Source: a virus (Duplodnaviria > Caudoviricetes). From it: 52,926 nt of DNA. Where the stretch lies: the IMG/VR virus record IMGVR_UViG_3300009498_000007, positions 1 to 52,926 of that record; one strand, given 5' to 3'. The notes below the pieces were generated by a model that was not told the DNA's origin, searched no databases, and was given only the letters and a program-made list of their open reading frames with translations. A program made the position numbers and the translations under genes. Of the stretch, positions 38,322 through 48,431 are shown piece by piece; the first letter of the stretch is position 1; the number at the start of each line of letters is the position of its first letter.

Positions 38322-41300
38322 ATGGCATTAATTTCACCAGGTTTAGAGCTTAGTGTTACCGACGAGAGTGCATACGTACCAGGTGCCGTCGGAACAGTAC
38401 CTCTAGTATTCCTAACAACCGAACAAGACAAAATTTATACAGGCACAACGATTGCCTCTGGTACAACTAAAGCTAACGCCGCAACATTGCAGGCGTTCAC
38501 TAGCCAACGTGAAATTGTTACTGCTCTTGGAACTCCGATATTTAAACAGAGCGCCAGCGGTACACCAACACACGGTTCACCACTAAACGAATACGGCTTA
38601 ATGGCTTCATATTCCGCACTAGGACTAAGCAATAGACTATATGCTATCCGTGCTGATGTTAACCTTAAAGAGTTAGAAGCAACAAGCGTTCGACCAATTG
38701 GTGACCCAACTAACGGAACAAGTTGGTTAGACTTAGGATTAACTGATTGGGGCATTTACGAATGGGATGCCGCAACATTCCAGTTTACTAAAAAGACTCC
38801 AATTATCATTGATATTGATGACGAGATTAACCCAGCCACTCTTTCAGGCGGCAAGTATCCATCAACTGCAATTGGCAGTAACGGAGACTATGCAGTTGTA
38901 ACAGTAGGCGGAGAAACAAAAACAGCACAAAATAGATTCTACTACAAAGACTATTTAGGTCGTTGGAGAAGACTAGGACTTGACGAATGGTACAGGTCTA
39001 AGCCAACTATTTCTGCTACAGTTTCAAATCCAACATTAACCACTGCCGAAGCTCTTACAGTCAACGGTGTTACAGTTACATTAACTGGTACTACAGTAGC
39101 TGAACTTAAAACATCATTTGATGGAGCATCCGGACTAACTGGTATTACAACATACGTTGATGGATCTAATAACTTTAAAATCTTTGCAGACTCAACAGCA
39201 ACGTCAAATGGTACAGATGCAGACGGAAAGATTGCTATTGCTAACAGCGGTAGCGGAACAATATTAGCCGCACTAGGAATTACAGCAGGTACATATAATG
39301 GACCTGAACTATACCACGGTTCATATGTTGACGTTCCAGCATGGAGAGCATCAGATACAGACCCAAGACCATCAGGTAGTGTTTGGATTAAAACATCAGT
39401 ACTAGGTGCTGGTATGAACTTATCACTTAAAAAGTACAATTCAGAAACAGATACATTTACTGCTGAAGCAGTAACAGTAGCCGCAGACTTTGCTAAAGCA
39501 GGATTTGCTCTAGATCCAAATGCAAATACATTTAGTACTCCTTTTGGAACTAAGATTGCATTGTACACAAATAATACATCAACAGGTAACATTCTAAGAT
39601 TGTTCGAAAGAGGTGTACAAGGTAAATCATCAAATACTGCTACACCAACTACACTAGCAGGCGGCGGAACTATTACTATCCAAGCAACCAAGAGTGGCTT
39701 TGATACATTTTTTGATTACTCACTAACATTCCCAGTAACAGTTACTAACGCAGTTGATTGGGTTACAAGGTTCTCAGCACTTGGTATTCCTGAAGTTTCA
39801 GCAAAAGCAAATGCAGATGATACTATTACAATTACACACGATACTGGTGGAGTTATTACACTTAAAGACGTGTCAGGTACAATGGTTAGTGGTGCAGGCT
39901 TTACAGCGGCAAACTTCTTAGATGACGGCGACGGAGCAATTATCCTAAGTAACTGGAGAGTTTTAGCATACGAAGCAAGTATTACTAAGCCTTACAAAGA
40001 GCCAGCAGACGGTACATATTGGTATTACGGTGATGCAACTACAGTTGACATTATGATTAACGACAACGGTTGGAAAGGTTATAAGAACCTAAGCAATGAT
40101 GCACGTGGTTATAATTTATCTAACACTGATCCAAATGGTGTTATTGTTACTGCAAGTAAGCCTGTTACACAAACAGACGGAACAGGACTTGTAAGTGGAG
40201 ATCTTTGGTTAGATACAAGTGATTTAATTAACTATCCAAAACTTTATCGTTACAATGATGCTAGTGAATTTGTTGCAATTGATGCAACAGATAGATTTAG
40301 TCAGAACGGTATTGCTTTTGCTGATGCACGTTGGGATGGAGCAGGAACAACAGATGTTGTTGCCTCAGCAATGCCAACAGTAAAGAGTCTTTTAACAAGT
40401 GACTACTTAGACTTAGACGCTCCAAACCACAAGTTGTATCCAAGAGGATTACTACTTTGGAACACAAGACGTAGCGGATTTAATGTTAAGAAGTTTGCTA
40501 ACAATTACTTTAACGAAAATAGTTTCCCAAATAAAACACTACCTACTATCGTAGATACATGGGTAAGTGTTTCGGGACTAATGGATAGCCAGGCACCATT
40601 TATGGGTACTGCCGCACAACGCAACATGGTTGTTAAAGCTATGAAATCAGCAGTTGATGCAAATATCCAAATACGTGAAGAACAGTTTGCGTACAACCTA
40701 ATTACTGCTCCTGGTTTTCCAGAAGTAATTCCAAATATGGTTGCACTAAACAACGATCGTAAGAATACAGCATTTGTAATTGGTGACACACCAATGACAC
40801 TACCAGCAAATAGCATTAGTTTTGCTAACTGGGCAAATAACACAGACGGAACAGGACTTAGCACTGCTGATCCTTACCTAGCTGTTTACTACCCACATGG
40901 TAAAACAAACGATCTAGCAGGTAACACTATTGTTATGCCAGCAAGTCATATGGCACTACGTACATATATCAGAAATGATAATGTAAGTTACCAATGGTTT
41001 GCTCCAGCAGGTGTTAGACGTGGACTTATTGATAATGCCGCTGATATTGGTTGGATCAACCCTGTAACAGGTGGATTTGTTAGAAATGCTATTAACAACG
41101 GTCTACGTGATGCACTTTACGAGAATAGAATTAACCCATTTACAATCCTTCCAGGTGTTGGACTAGTATGTTGGGGACAAAAAACTCGTAACCCAGTTGC
41201 AAGTTCAATGGATAGAGTTAACGTTGCAAGACTAGTTAACTATATTAGAACGATCCTTGCAAATGTTGGTAACGCATTCTTGTTTGAACCAAATGATAAG

Positions 41301-41531
41301 ATTACAAGAGATCAAATTAAGAATATTATTGAAGGTGCGATTAACGACCTAATTGCAAAACGTGGTATTTACGATTACCTTGTTGTTTGTGACGAAACAA
41401 ATAACACACCAACTCGTATTGCACGTAACGAACTATACGTTGATATTGCAATTGAGCCAATGAAAGCAGTTGAATTTATATATATTCCAATTAGATTGAA
41501 AAACCCAGGTGATATTGCCGCAGGTGTATAA
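38322..41531 (+). CDS. gp18: Tail sheath protein (T4 gp18) with large internal insertion
   Basis: LISPG.E.SVTDES N-terminus; WFAPAGVRRG, RDALYENRINP, WGQKT, DRVNVARL, FLFEPND, VCDETNNTP. Confidence 0.95.
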   Translation: MALISPGLELSVTDESAYVPGAVGTVPLVFLTTEQDKIYTGTTIASGTTKANAATLQAFTSQREIVTALGTPIFKQSASGTPTHGSPLNEYGLMASYSALGLSNRLYAIRADVNLKELEATSVRPIGDPTNGTSWLDLGLTDWGIYEWDAATFQFTKKTPIIIDIDDEINPATLSGGKYPSTAIGSNGDYAVVTVGGETKTAQNRFYYKDYLGRWRRLGLDEWYRSKPTISATVSNPTLTTAEALTVNGVTVTLTGTTVAELKTSFDGASGLTGITTYVDGSNNFKIFADSTATSNGTDADGKIAIANSGSGTILAALGITAGTYNGPELYHGSYVDVPAWRASDTDPRPSGSVWIKTSVLGAGMNLSLKKYNSETDTFTAEAVTVAADFAKAGFALDPNANTFSTPFGTKIALYTNNTSTGNILRLFERGVQGKSSNTATPTTLAGGGTITIQATKSGFDTFFDYSLTFPVTVTNAVDWVTRFSALGIPEVSAKANADDTITITHDTGGVITLKDVSGTMVSGAGFTAANFLDDGDGAIILSNWRVLAYEASITKPYKEPADGTYWYYGDATTVDIMINDNGWKGYKNLSNDARGYNLSNTDPNGVIVTASKPVTQTDGTGLVSGDLWLDTSDLINYPKLYRYNDASEFVAIDATDRFSQNGIAFADARWDGAGTTDVVASAMPTVKSLLTSDYLDLDAPNHKLYPRGLLLWNTRRSGFNVKKFANNYFNENSFPNKTLPTIVDTWVSVSGLMDSQAPFMGTAAQRNMVVKAMKSAVDANIQIREEQFAYNLITAPGFPEVIPNMVALNNDRKNTAFVIGDTPMTLPANSISFANWANNTDGTGLSTADPYLAVYYPHGKTNDLAGNTIVMPASHMALRTYIRNDNVSYQWFAPAGVRRGLIDNAADIGWINPVTGGFVRNAINNGLRDALYENRINPFTILPGVGLVCWGQKTRNPVASSMDRVNVARLVNYIRTILANVGNAFLFEPNDKITRDQIKNIIEGAINDLIAKRGIYDYLVVCDETNNTPTRIARNELYVDIAIEPMKAVEFIYIPIRLKNPGDIAAGV

Positions 41532-41546
41532 AATAAATTAAAAAAA

Positions 41547-41583
41547 ATCGGCAACTGGGGCTAAACTGGTCTCAGTTGTCGAT
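41547..41583. terminator. Intergenic hairpin between sheath and tube genes
   Basis: ATCGGCAACTGGGGC / GTCTCAGTTGTCGAT with G-U pairs; A tract upstream, no U tract on + strand. Confidence 0.5.
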
Positions 41584-41622
41584 CAAATACAGATAAATAC
41601 TTCTGTATAAGGAGAACATAAC

Positions 41623-42240
41623 ATGTCAGTTGCAAGTTTAACAAAATTTACAGTTCCATTAGCTACGGACCAAAGTGCTACATCACAAGGTCTATTAATG
41701 CCAAAACTAAGCTATCGCTTTCGTGCCAGCTTTGATAACTTTGGTGTTAGTCAACCTAAGTCGGAACTGACAAAACAAATAGTAAGTATTGCGAGACCAC
41801 AGGTTGCATTCAACCCAATCACAATCGATACTTACAACTCAAAAGTATATCTTCAAGGTAAGCCAGAATGGCAAGAAACATCAGTTACATTGCGTGATGA
41901 CGCAGGTGGAAACGTTTCACGTCTAGTTGGTGAACAGATTCAGAAACAATTTGACTTCCTAGAGCAGGCAAGTGCCGCTTCTGGAATTGATTACAAATTC
42001 TTATTACGTTTTGAAATGCTAGATGGTGGTAATGGAACATTAGAGCCAGCAGTATTAGAAACATGGGAACTATATGGTTGCATGTTGTCAAACGTAAACT
42101 ACGGAGAAATGGCTTACGAAAACAATGAGCCAGCTACAATTCAGCTAAGTGTCAGATTTGACAACGCAATACAATCACCAGTTGGTGTTGGTGTTGGAAC
42201 GTTAGTTGGACGTACAGCCGCAGGAGCAATTACTGGCTAA
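41623..42240 (+). CDS. gp19: Tail tube protein (T4 gp19-like)
   Basis: Follows sheath; PKLSYRFR, YLQGKPEW..TSVTLRDD, WELYGC; late promoter GATAAATA 41592; SD AAGGAG. Confidence 0.85.
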   Translation: MSVASLTKFTVPLATDQSATSQGLLMPKLSYRFRASFDNFGVSQPKSELTKQIVSIARPQVAFNPITIDTYNSKVYLQGKPEWQETSVTLRDDAGGNVSRLVGEQIQKQFDFLEQASAASGIDYKFLLRFEMLDGGNGTLEPAVLETWELYGCMLSNVNYGEMAYENNEPATIQLSVRFDNAIQSPVGVGVGTLVGRTAAGAITG

Positions 42241-42322
42241 TAATAATTAGGCAGACGACTCAACAATAAGAAAAAAAGTATTTTAAAAGCTAAAACTGTA
42301 AAAAGTAAATTGTTATAACTAG

Positions 42323-42359
42323 ATAAACTCGGGTCGAATTAAAACCCGGGTTTATTTTT
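42323..42359 (+). terminator. Intrinsic terminator after tube gene
   Basis: ATAAACTCGGGT / ACCCGGGTTTAT then T tract. Confidence 0.7.
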
Positions 42360-42374
42360 GGCATAAATACTTGT

Positions 42375-43673
42375 ATGAGCATAAACCAATTTTTAAAACA
42401 ATTTTCACAAGGTGATCAGCTAAAAGACTATAGTCATGCCAGTAAACTATTTGTTTCTGACAACTATAAGCTATCCCCTAAATATGGATTTCTATATCAT
42501 GTAGCGTTTGACTTAAACCCAGGCATTGCTACTACAGGCAACCAAGAGCAAATGGAACTTGGTATGCTTTGTAAGCAAGTAACATTGCCATCGTTTAAGA
42601 TGAATATTAAAAAGCAAAATGCATATAATAGATGGAACTATACCCAAACAAAACTTGAGTATGATGATATAAGACTTACATTCCATGACGACAGTGCTGA
42701 TGTTGTACGTAATTTTTGGTATGATTATTATAGCTATTATTTTAGAGATAGTGATTATTACGATAGTGTTTACAGACAAGGACACAAGTATTCACCGAGT
42801 GTAGGTGGTGCATGGGGTTATACACCACGCAATTATCCTAAAACCTATCCCGATCCTTTTGGTGATGCACCTTCAACTGATGCTCAATTACAATTTATAA
42901 ATGCAATACACATTTACAGTTTTCATCAAAAACGATTTAGTAAGTATACACTAATAAACCCAATCATTAGTTCTTTTAAACACGGAGAACATGAAGCGGC
43001 CGCAGGTGATTCAATTCTATCACATGAAATGACAGTTCAATTTGAAACAGTTAAATATGCTACAGGCACAGTAACAGGAAATAATGTTAAAGGCTTTGCT
43101 GATTTACATTATGATAACTCACCAAGTCCACTAACTCCAGCTGGTGGCGGAACTAATAGTATTGCTGGTCCAGGTGGATTACTTGAAACAGCAGATGAGA
43201 TAGTTGAAGATTTAGCGGCAGGCAATATTTCAAGTGCCGTTGTTAAAGCAAGTAGAGCATTAAGCAACTTTAAAAATGGAGATTTTAAAGCTATTGCTAG
43301 TGCAGAATTAGGACAGATTGGAAAAGATATTTTAAGTGGACAAAATCCATTAGATAGATTAAGTGTACCAGGAATTAGTAATCTAAGTACTGGCCCAGTA
43401 GCACAAGGCTTAAAACAAATAGGCGGAAGTGTTGGCGATGCAATTGACTCTGGGTTTAAAGCAATTGGCGGCGTAAGTCCGGCAATTAGCAGTAATGGAT
43501 CTTTACTAAGTACTGCTTCAAGTTTTGCATCAACAGCTAATTCGTTGAGTAACGGAACTCTTCCATTACCAACAATTAATAATGCTATTAACTTTGCTAA
43601 TCAAGTATCAGTGGCATCAGCTAAAGCCAAAGAAGCCGAAGTTCGTAAGCAACTTAATACTATAGCAACGTAA
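42375..43673 (+). CDS. Tube-fold baseplate protein (gp48/gp54-like tube initiator)
   Basis: PKYGFLYHV, VTLPSF, YDDIRLTFHDD, LINPIISSF, MTVQFE (tube-protein paralogue pattern). Confidence 0.65.
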   Translation: MSINQFLKQFSQGDQLKDYSHASKLFVSDNYKLSPKYGFLYHVAFDLNPGIATTGNQEQMELGMLCKQVTLPSFKMNIKKQNAYNRWNYTQTKLEYDDIRLTFHDDSADVVRNFWYDYYSYYFRDSDYYDSVYRQGHKYSPSVGGAWGYTPRNYPKTYPDPFGDAPSTDAQLQFINAIHIYSFHQKRFSKYTLINPIISSFKHGEHEAAAGDSILSHEMTVQFETVKYATGTVTGNNVKGFADLHYDNSPSPLTPAGGGTNSIAGPGGLLETADEIVEDLAAGNISSAVVKASRALSNFKNGDFKAIASAELGQIGKDILSGQNPLDRLSVPGISNLSTGPVAQGLKQIGGSVGDAIDSGFKAIGGVSPAISSNGSLLSTASSFASTANSLSNGTLPLPTINNAINFANQVSVASAKAKEAEVRKQLNTIAT

Positions 43674-43697
43674 GGTGTAAAACAATAGCGTATAAAA

Positions 43698-44162
43698 ATG
43701 TTTAGTTTTGACGTAGAAAATATAACCAAAGGCGTAGGTGTAATTACAGCAACATTGGCAATGTTAGGTGGTGGTTATACTCTATGGGATAAACTTGAAA
43801 ACAAGGACATACTTACTTGGGCACCTGAGCACTTTAACATAGCACCATACGAAGGTGATTACAAAGTTACTGTGGCAAGAGAGAAACACAGAGATGATTG
43901 CACAGTCACAGACTTTACACTAACTGTTAGGGACAGCGAAAACATTGTCCACCAAGCATCAAGTAGTATTGGTAAATTTATGGGTCCAGCAAGTGATACT
44001 GTTGATACGTTTGCATTTAAGATGCAGATTGAATCCGACCAAACGGTAGCACCAGGCATAGCAACACTGATTGCTTATATTGATTATGATTGTCCAGAAG
44101 GTCATATTGCAGTAACATATCCAGATCACGAAAACTTAAGGTTTGAAATAACCACTAAATAG
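43698..44162 (+). CDS. Hypothetical protein with N-terminal membrane anchor
   Basis: Hydrophobic GVGVITATLAMLGGGYTLW; two Cys in soluble domain. Confidence 0.65.
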   Translation: MFSFDVENITKGVGVITATLAMLGGGYTLWDKLENKDILTWAPEHFNIAPYEGDYKVTVAREKHRDDCTVTDFTLTVRDSENIVHQASSSIGKFMGPASDTVDTFAFKMQIESDQTVAPGIATLIAYIDYDCPEGHIAVTYPDHENLRFEITTK

Positions 44163-44200
44163 TTATAAGGGCATAGGACTACTATTATAGGAGAAAACAA

Positions 44201-44587
44201 ATGGCGTATAAAAATGTATTAACAAATATATCCGGAGTAGATGTAAACTCTGTTGATAAAAGTGTTGATGGATTCTTTACTAACTACTTTGATCGTATTG
44301 TTGATATTAGTGGTCCTGAAAATGACGTTATTGTTTCTCATTTTGAAATGTACACAAGAGGAAACAAATTAGCGGCACAGGCTCTAGCAAGTGCAGTTAT
44401 ATTTACAGCACAAAAATTAGAAGCGAGTCCAATGGAAGTACTCGACGATTTCAAAAATGTACCAATTGGTGATCTAAGCGAATACCTTTGCATGTACTTA
44501 AACCTCAATAGACAAGGTACTAGTTTACTTGGAATTAATAATGCTAAGGTTCGCAATAAATATGTCGAACGTAGCATTTTACCATGA
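44201..44587 (+). CDS. Hypothetical protein
   Basis: SD AGGAG; stop overlaps gp4 start (ATGA). Confidence 0.7.
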   Translation: MAYKNVLTNISGVDVNSVDKSVDGFFTNYFDRIVDISGPENDVIVSHFEMYTRGNKLAAQALASAVIFTAQKLEASPMEVLDDFKNVPIGDLSEYLCMYLNLNRQGTSLLGINNAKVRNKYVERSILP

Positions 44588-45018
44588 GCAAATATTCCCA
44601 AGGCAAGTATCAAATAAAAAACCCAGACAAGTATGTTGGAAAAGGCACGCCTACATTTCGCAGTAGCTGGGAACATGTCTTTATGTCGTTCTGTGATAAT
44701 AATCCTAATATACTAAAGTGGGCAAGTGAACCAATACGTATTAACTATAAAAATCCGTTTACAGGAAAGAATACTATATACGTTCCTGATTTTTTAATTT
44801 ACTACATTGATCGCAGTGGTAATCACAGTGCTGATGTAATTGAAGTCAAACCCAAGAAAGAAACAAATCTTGGAGAGGCTAAAAGTCGACGAGACCAAGC
44901 ATATACAGTGCTTAACATGGCAAAATGGGAAGCCGCTAAAGCATGGTGTAAGCAAAAAGGTCTTAATTTTAAGATAGTCACAGAAGAGCAAATTTTCCAC
45001 CAAGGCAATAAACGATAA
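44584..45018 (+). CDS. gp4: Head completion nuclease (T4 gp4, TnsA-like PD-(D/E)xK)
   Basis: KNPDKYVG, FRSSWE, WASE, YVPDF, IEVKP, N.AKWEAA..WC. Confidence 0.9.
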   Translation: MSKYSQGKYQIKNPDKYVGKGTPTFRSSWEHVFMSFCDNNPNILKWASEPIRINYKNPFTGKNTIYVPDFLIYYIDRSGNHSADVIEVKPKKETNLGEAKSRRDQAYTVLNMAKWEAAKAWCKQKGLNFKIVTEEQIFHQGNKR

Positions 45019-45041
45019 GTATATACACATACTTAATAGGA

Positions 45042-45575
45042 ATGCCAATGACAAAAAAACTTGAAGAATTTTTTAACGTAGATCCAGCTGATATACACGA
45101 GCCAACGCATGAGGAACCTGAAGAGGTAAACCCTGAGGTTGCAAAGAATGAAATTACTACTAACGTAGAAACAATTAGATCAGTTAACAATGCCATTGAT
45201 AAGATTGATGTTGCATTACCAACTATTAAAGATTTAGATGCAAGTGATAACGAAATGGATGCTCTTGCTTCTTTAGCACAAGAAAAGTTTCAAGATCTAA
45301 TGGATTTAGGAATGAATGTAGAGCCTAGGTTTAGCGGAGTTATTCTACAAACTGCTAGTCAACTACTTGGCCATTCAATTACTGCAAAAACAGCTAAAAT
45401 GGATAAAAAACTAAAAATGGTTCAACTGCAATTACAAAAAGCCAGACTGGATCATCAAATTAATAAAGATAACGGCGGAGTTGAAGACCCAATTGAAGGT
45501 CAAGGTGTAGTTATTGATCGCTCGACACTATTAAACGAGATTTTGTCAGCAAACAAAAAGACCTCCGACGGATAA
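45042..45575 (+). CDS. Probable terminase small subunit (gp16-like)
   Basis: Helical core DLMDLGMNVEPR..., coiled coil, C-terminal VVIDRSTLL; upstream of terL region. Confidence 0.55.
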   Translation: MPMTKKLEEFFNVDPADIHEPTHEEPEEVNPEVAKNEITTNVETIRSVNNAIDKIDVALPTIKDLDASDNEMDALASLAQEKFQDLMDLGMNVEPRFSGVILQTASQLLGHSITAKTAKMDKKLKMVQLQLQKARLDHQINKDNGGVEDPIEGQGVVIDRSTLLNEILSANKKTSDG

Positions 45576-45614
45576 ATACATTATAAAATATAAAAAACGA
45601 AGGTGGTTTGTTTA

Positions 45615-46082
45615 ATGAAAACATTTCAGACATATTATTTCGAAGCTGACAAAACCTATCAGTTTCGTATCAAATTAGCAGGCTTAGAGCCTAAGGGTGA
45701 AGCCCTTGATCGTATTACTAAAGCGATTGATGTGTATCAAGTTGAAACAGTCAGCAAGAGCAAACGTACACCTATAAGTGAACGTCCTGAGTTTCCAAGA
45801 CACGGACCAATTGACACATACGAAGTTGAAGTTGACCTAAAATACCCAGCAACTGCTGAGGGTGTTAAGAATCTGTTAGTAAATAGAGCATTTATTTCTG
45901 CACACGATGTTGTGGTTGCTAGATGCGGAGAAGACTACGATATACTTTCAGAAACTGAAGTGTCAGACGAAGAAAATGATAAAGGTAAGCAAGAAACTGT
46001 TGGACAAAAAAGAGTTGATAGTATGCTTAAAGACTTTGTTAAAGATTCAACTAAATTTGATGAGATAGCAAAGGAAAAATAA
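45615..46082 (+). CDS. Hypothetical protein, probable head-associated
   Basis: SD AAGGTGG supports ATG 45615 (MKTFQTYYFE); late promoter GATAAATA 45571. Confidence 0.7.
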   Translation: MKTFQTYYFEADKTYQFRIKLAGLEPKGEALDRITKAIDVYQVETVSKSKRTPISERPEFPRHGPIDTYEVEVDLKYPATAEGVKNLLVNRAFISAHDVVVARCGEDYDILSETEVSDEENDKGKQETVGQKRVDSMLKDFVKDSTKFDEIAKEK

Positions 46083-46083
46083 A

Positions 46084-47754
46084 ATGACAGATTTTTATAA
46101 ATTAAATGATCAGTTAAAAAATATTGACGAAGGCTATTACGAAATGCCTCCAATAGATAGAGAACGTTATACTGACTTGGAAGGGGAAGGACTTGAAGGC
46201 CCATTCCAGACACGCAGTGGTAAAGTAGTATACTATGATCCTAAAGAAGGCAAGTACTACGATCGTGATAGCGATATGTACCTATCACATGAAGAATTTC
46301 AAGCATACGACCAAAGCAAACCAGACGACTATAAGATTACTAAAATGGAGTTGCCTAAACTTAAAAGGACACAATCTGATTTAGATTATATGAGTCAGAT
46401 GGACGATGCCCACGCACAAATTTATGGTGAAGGCAAAATGAGCGACATACACCAAGACGCTCAAGAGAATGATAAAGAAGATTTTATTGCAATGCATAAA
46501 GACTCTATGTCAGCAGACGAAGCCGGTAAGATGTGGGACGAAGTACAAAAACAGATGGACGAAGGCAAAAAGAAAGCAAAGAAAAAGTCTGATGCTGAGA
46601 TAGACCAAAATTGGTTAGACGCACAAAATAGTATGCTTGATCATGAAGGTAAACCAAAGCCTGAATATACTAAAATGAGAGATACAATGTCCGAAGGCAT
46701 TGAACTAACAACATCATTACAACAAGCATACGAATCAATATTAAAAAGGGAAAATGATAGCCTGGCTAATCCTGAGGTTGTAGAGAGCCAAGCAGAAACA
46801 TCAGAACTTGACGAACAGCAGGACTCAAAGGATTTACAAGAAGAACAAGTTGCCCCTTATGACAACAGTGAGTGTTCAACCGACGACGAAGAAGAAATTG
46901 TTAGTGAAGCACCACCATTACCCACTGAAAAACAAAAAGCTATGACACAAAGAATTAAAGATAGAATAGCTATGCGATCAGGTTCCCCAGAAGATCAGGC
47001 AAACACAAAAGAAAAAGAATCTACAGCAAAGATGTTAAAGCTAGTACGAGAAATTAGCGAACATCGCCGTATGCTTGAAAATATGATTATTAAGTTAGCA
47101 GAAATTGACAATGGTGATCTACATGATCAACTTAGTACAATGTTTGACCTTAATACTAAATTTAGTGCAGTATTGCGTAGAGCAATGAGCATTGTTCCAC
47201 GTTATGAAAGCATTAAAAATGAAGCATCAATTGGTGAAAAACCAATTGAAGAAAGCTATACTGCTATTGATAAAACATTTAATGAAATGTTTAACATGAT
47301 GGGCCGTTTACTAAAAATTACACGTCAAGACGGTGTATTAAGTAAGATGGTAGGCTGGGAAGGCGGCGACCCAGCATGGATTACTGATGCTAATCAAAAA
47401 TTAATTGAAGCGATGGAAGCCATTGAAGAAGCACACAGGTTTAGTTACAGGGAAGAACATTCACAAATGAAAGATGAAAGTGTTGATAACGAATCCAAAT
47501 CTGTACAAAAAAATCAGCTAACTGATATTAAAAAACTAGCTGGTATTGAAGAAGATGCAACACAGACCGTGGATGTCAAAGTAATCAACAGTGGTTACGG
47601 AACTGAAATGGGTATGAAAAGTGCAGAAATTATTAGCCAAGAATTAAATAATAATATGCAACCCGTTTTAAAAGTTAGAATTGAAGATCTTAATATGGGT
47701 GACCCAGTTGTTGCGGAATTCCGCAATGGTAGTTGGGTCGTAGATATGGACTAA
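46084..47754 (+). CDS. Acidic multi-segment protein, probable internal head protein
   Basis: Many (I/L/M)xE-type sites, YYDPKEGKYYD module, IKKLAGIEE motif. Confidence 0.6.
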   Translation: MTDFYKLNDQLKNIDEGYYEMPPIDRERYTDLEGEGLEGPFQTRSGKVVYYDPKEGKYYDRDSDMYLSHEEFQAYDQSKPDDYKITKMELPKLKRTQSDLDYMSQMDDAHAQIYGEGKMSDIHQDAQENDKEDFIAMHKDSMSADEAGKMWDEVQKQMDEGKKKAKKKSDAEIDQNWLDAQNSMLDHEGKPKPEYTKMRDTMSEGIELTTSLQQAYESILKRENDSLANPEVVESQAETSELDEQQDSKDLQEEQVAPYDNSECSTDDEEEIVSEAPPLPTEKQKAMTQRIKDRIAMRSGSPEDQANTKEKESTAKMLKLVREISEHRRMLENMIIKLAEIDNGDLHDQLSTMFDLNTKFSAVLRRAMSIVPRYESIKNEASIGEKPIEESYTAIDKTFNEMFNMMGRLLKITRQDGVLSKMVGWEGGDPAWITDANQKLIEAMEAIEEAHRFSYREEHSQMKDESVDNESKSVQKNQLTDIKKLAGIEEDATQTVDVKVINSGYGTEMGMKSAEIISQELNNNMQPVLKVRIEDLNMGDPVVAEFRNGSWVVDMD

Positions 47755-47766
47755 CAAGGTCTAATT

Positions 47767-48123
47767 ATGAGAGCATTTGAATTTATTTCTGAATCTAAGA
47801 GACGTCTACGTAAAGGCGCACAACATGCATTACCTACAGCTCATACATGGGCAACAGATTTTTATGGTGCATATAGATTTGGACTTTCGTTAGCAAGTTC
47901 TCCAGATGGACCTGATATGCCTGAGGTTGGACCAACTGGCGGCAGAATGACTACTGTATCATACAGCGATGGTGACCAATCGATACTTGACGGCGCTTCA
48001 AAACGAATGGGTATTTCAAAGAAAGATAAATTGACTAAAGGAAATAAAAGCCAAGAAATGCCAGATGTGAATACAAAAAGTACACTAGTTCCTAAAGGTC
48101 CAGTTAAACGTAAAAACAAATGA
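47767..48123 (+). CDS. Hypothetical protein, probable internal head protein
   Basis: MRAFEFISE N-terminus. Confidence 0.65.
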   Translation: MRAFEFISESKRRLRKGAQHALPTAHTWATDFYGAYRFGLSLASSPDGPDMPEVGPTGGRMTTVSYSDGDQSILDGASKRMGISKKDKLTKGNKSQEMPDVNTKSTLVPKGPVKRKNK

Positions 48124-48317
48124 CCAGATATAGAAACGAGTTAAGCGAACTTGTTAAACTGGCTGGCATCAAACAGGAATCCCCAGAAGACAACATCACT
48201 GATACTGCTAAAGAGAAAGCAGAATACCAACGTAAAAACAATGTTGAACCAGGCACTGATGAATGGTTCAAACTTTGGTTTGCTCGCCCTAAACTAACTG
48301 GTGAAAAACCTTTCTAA
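48120..48317 (+). CDS. Small hypothetical protein
   Basis: ELVKLAGI motif, PGTDEWFKLWF; ATGA coupling to upstream gene. Confidence 0.7.
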   Translation: MTRYRNELSELVKLAGIKQESPEDNITDTAKEKAEYQRKNNVEPGTDEWFKLWFARPKLTGEKPF

Positions 48318-48335
48318 CTGTAATATAATTGTAAT
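48318..48335 (+). promoter_or_regulatory. Pho-box-like direct repeat
   Basis: CTGTAAT-ATAA-TTGTAAT (7-4-7, 11-bp period) upstream of PiT-like gene. Confidence 0.55.
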
Positions 48336-48365
48336 ATTAAAATTTTGTCAAAACAGTAAATAATG

Positions 48366-48394
48366 TTGACAAAACAGAAAATATAAGTTATACT
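48366..48394 (+). promoter_or_regulatory. sigma70-type promoter
   Basis: TTGACA 48366-71, N17, TATACT 48389-94. Confidence 0.75.
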
Positions 48395-48431
48395 TACAGT
48401 GTAACGCCAATCAATTACGAAAGGTTATAGG

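Noticed and set aside
7051-41000. Numerous long antisense ORFs (e.g. 11783..12430, 23464..24474, 38951..39691)
   Set aside because: Shadows of codon-biased sense genes; low-complexity translations, no RBS or motifs
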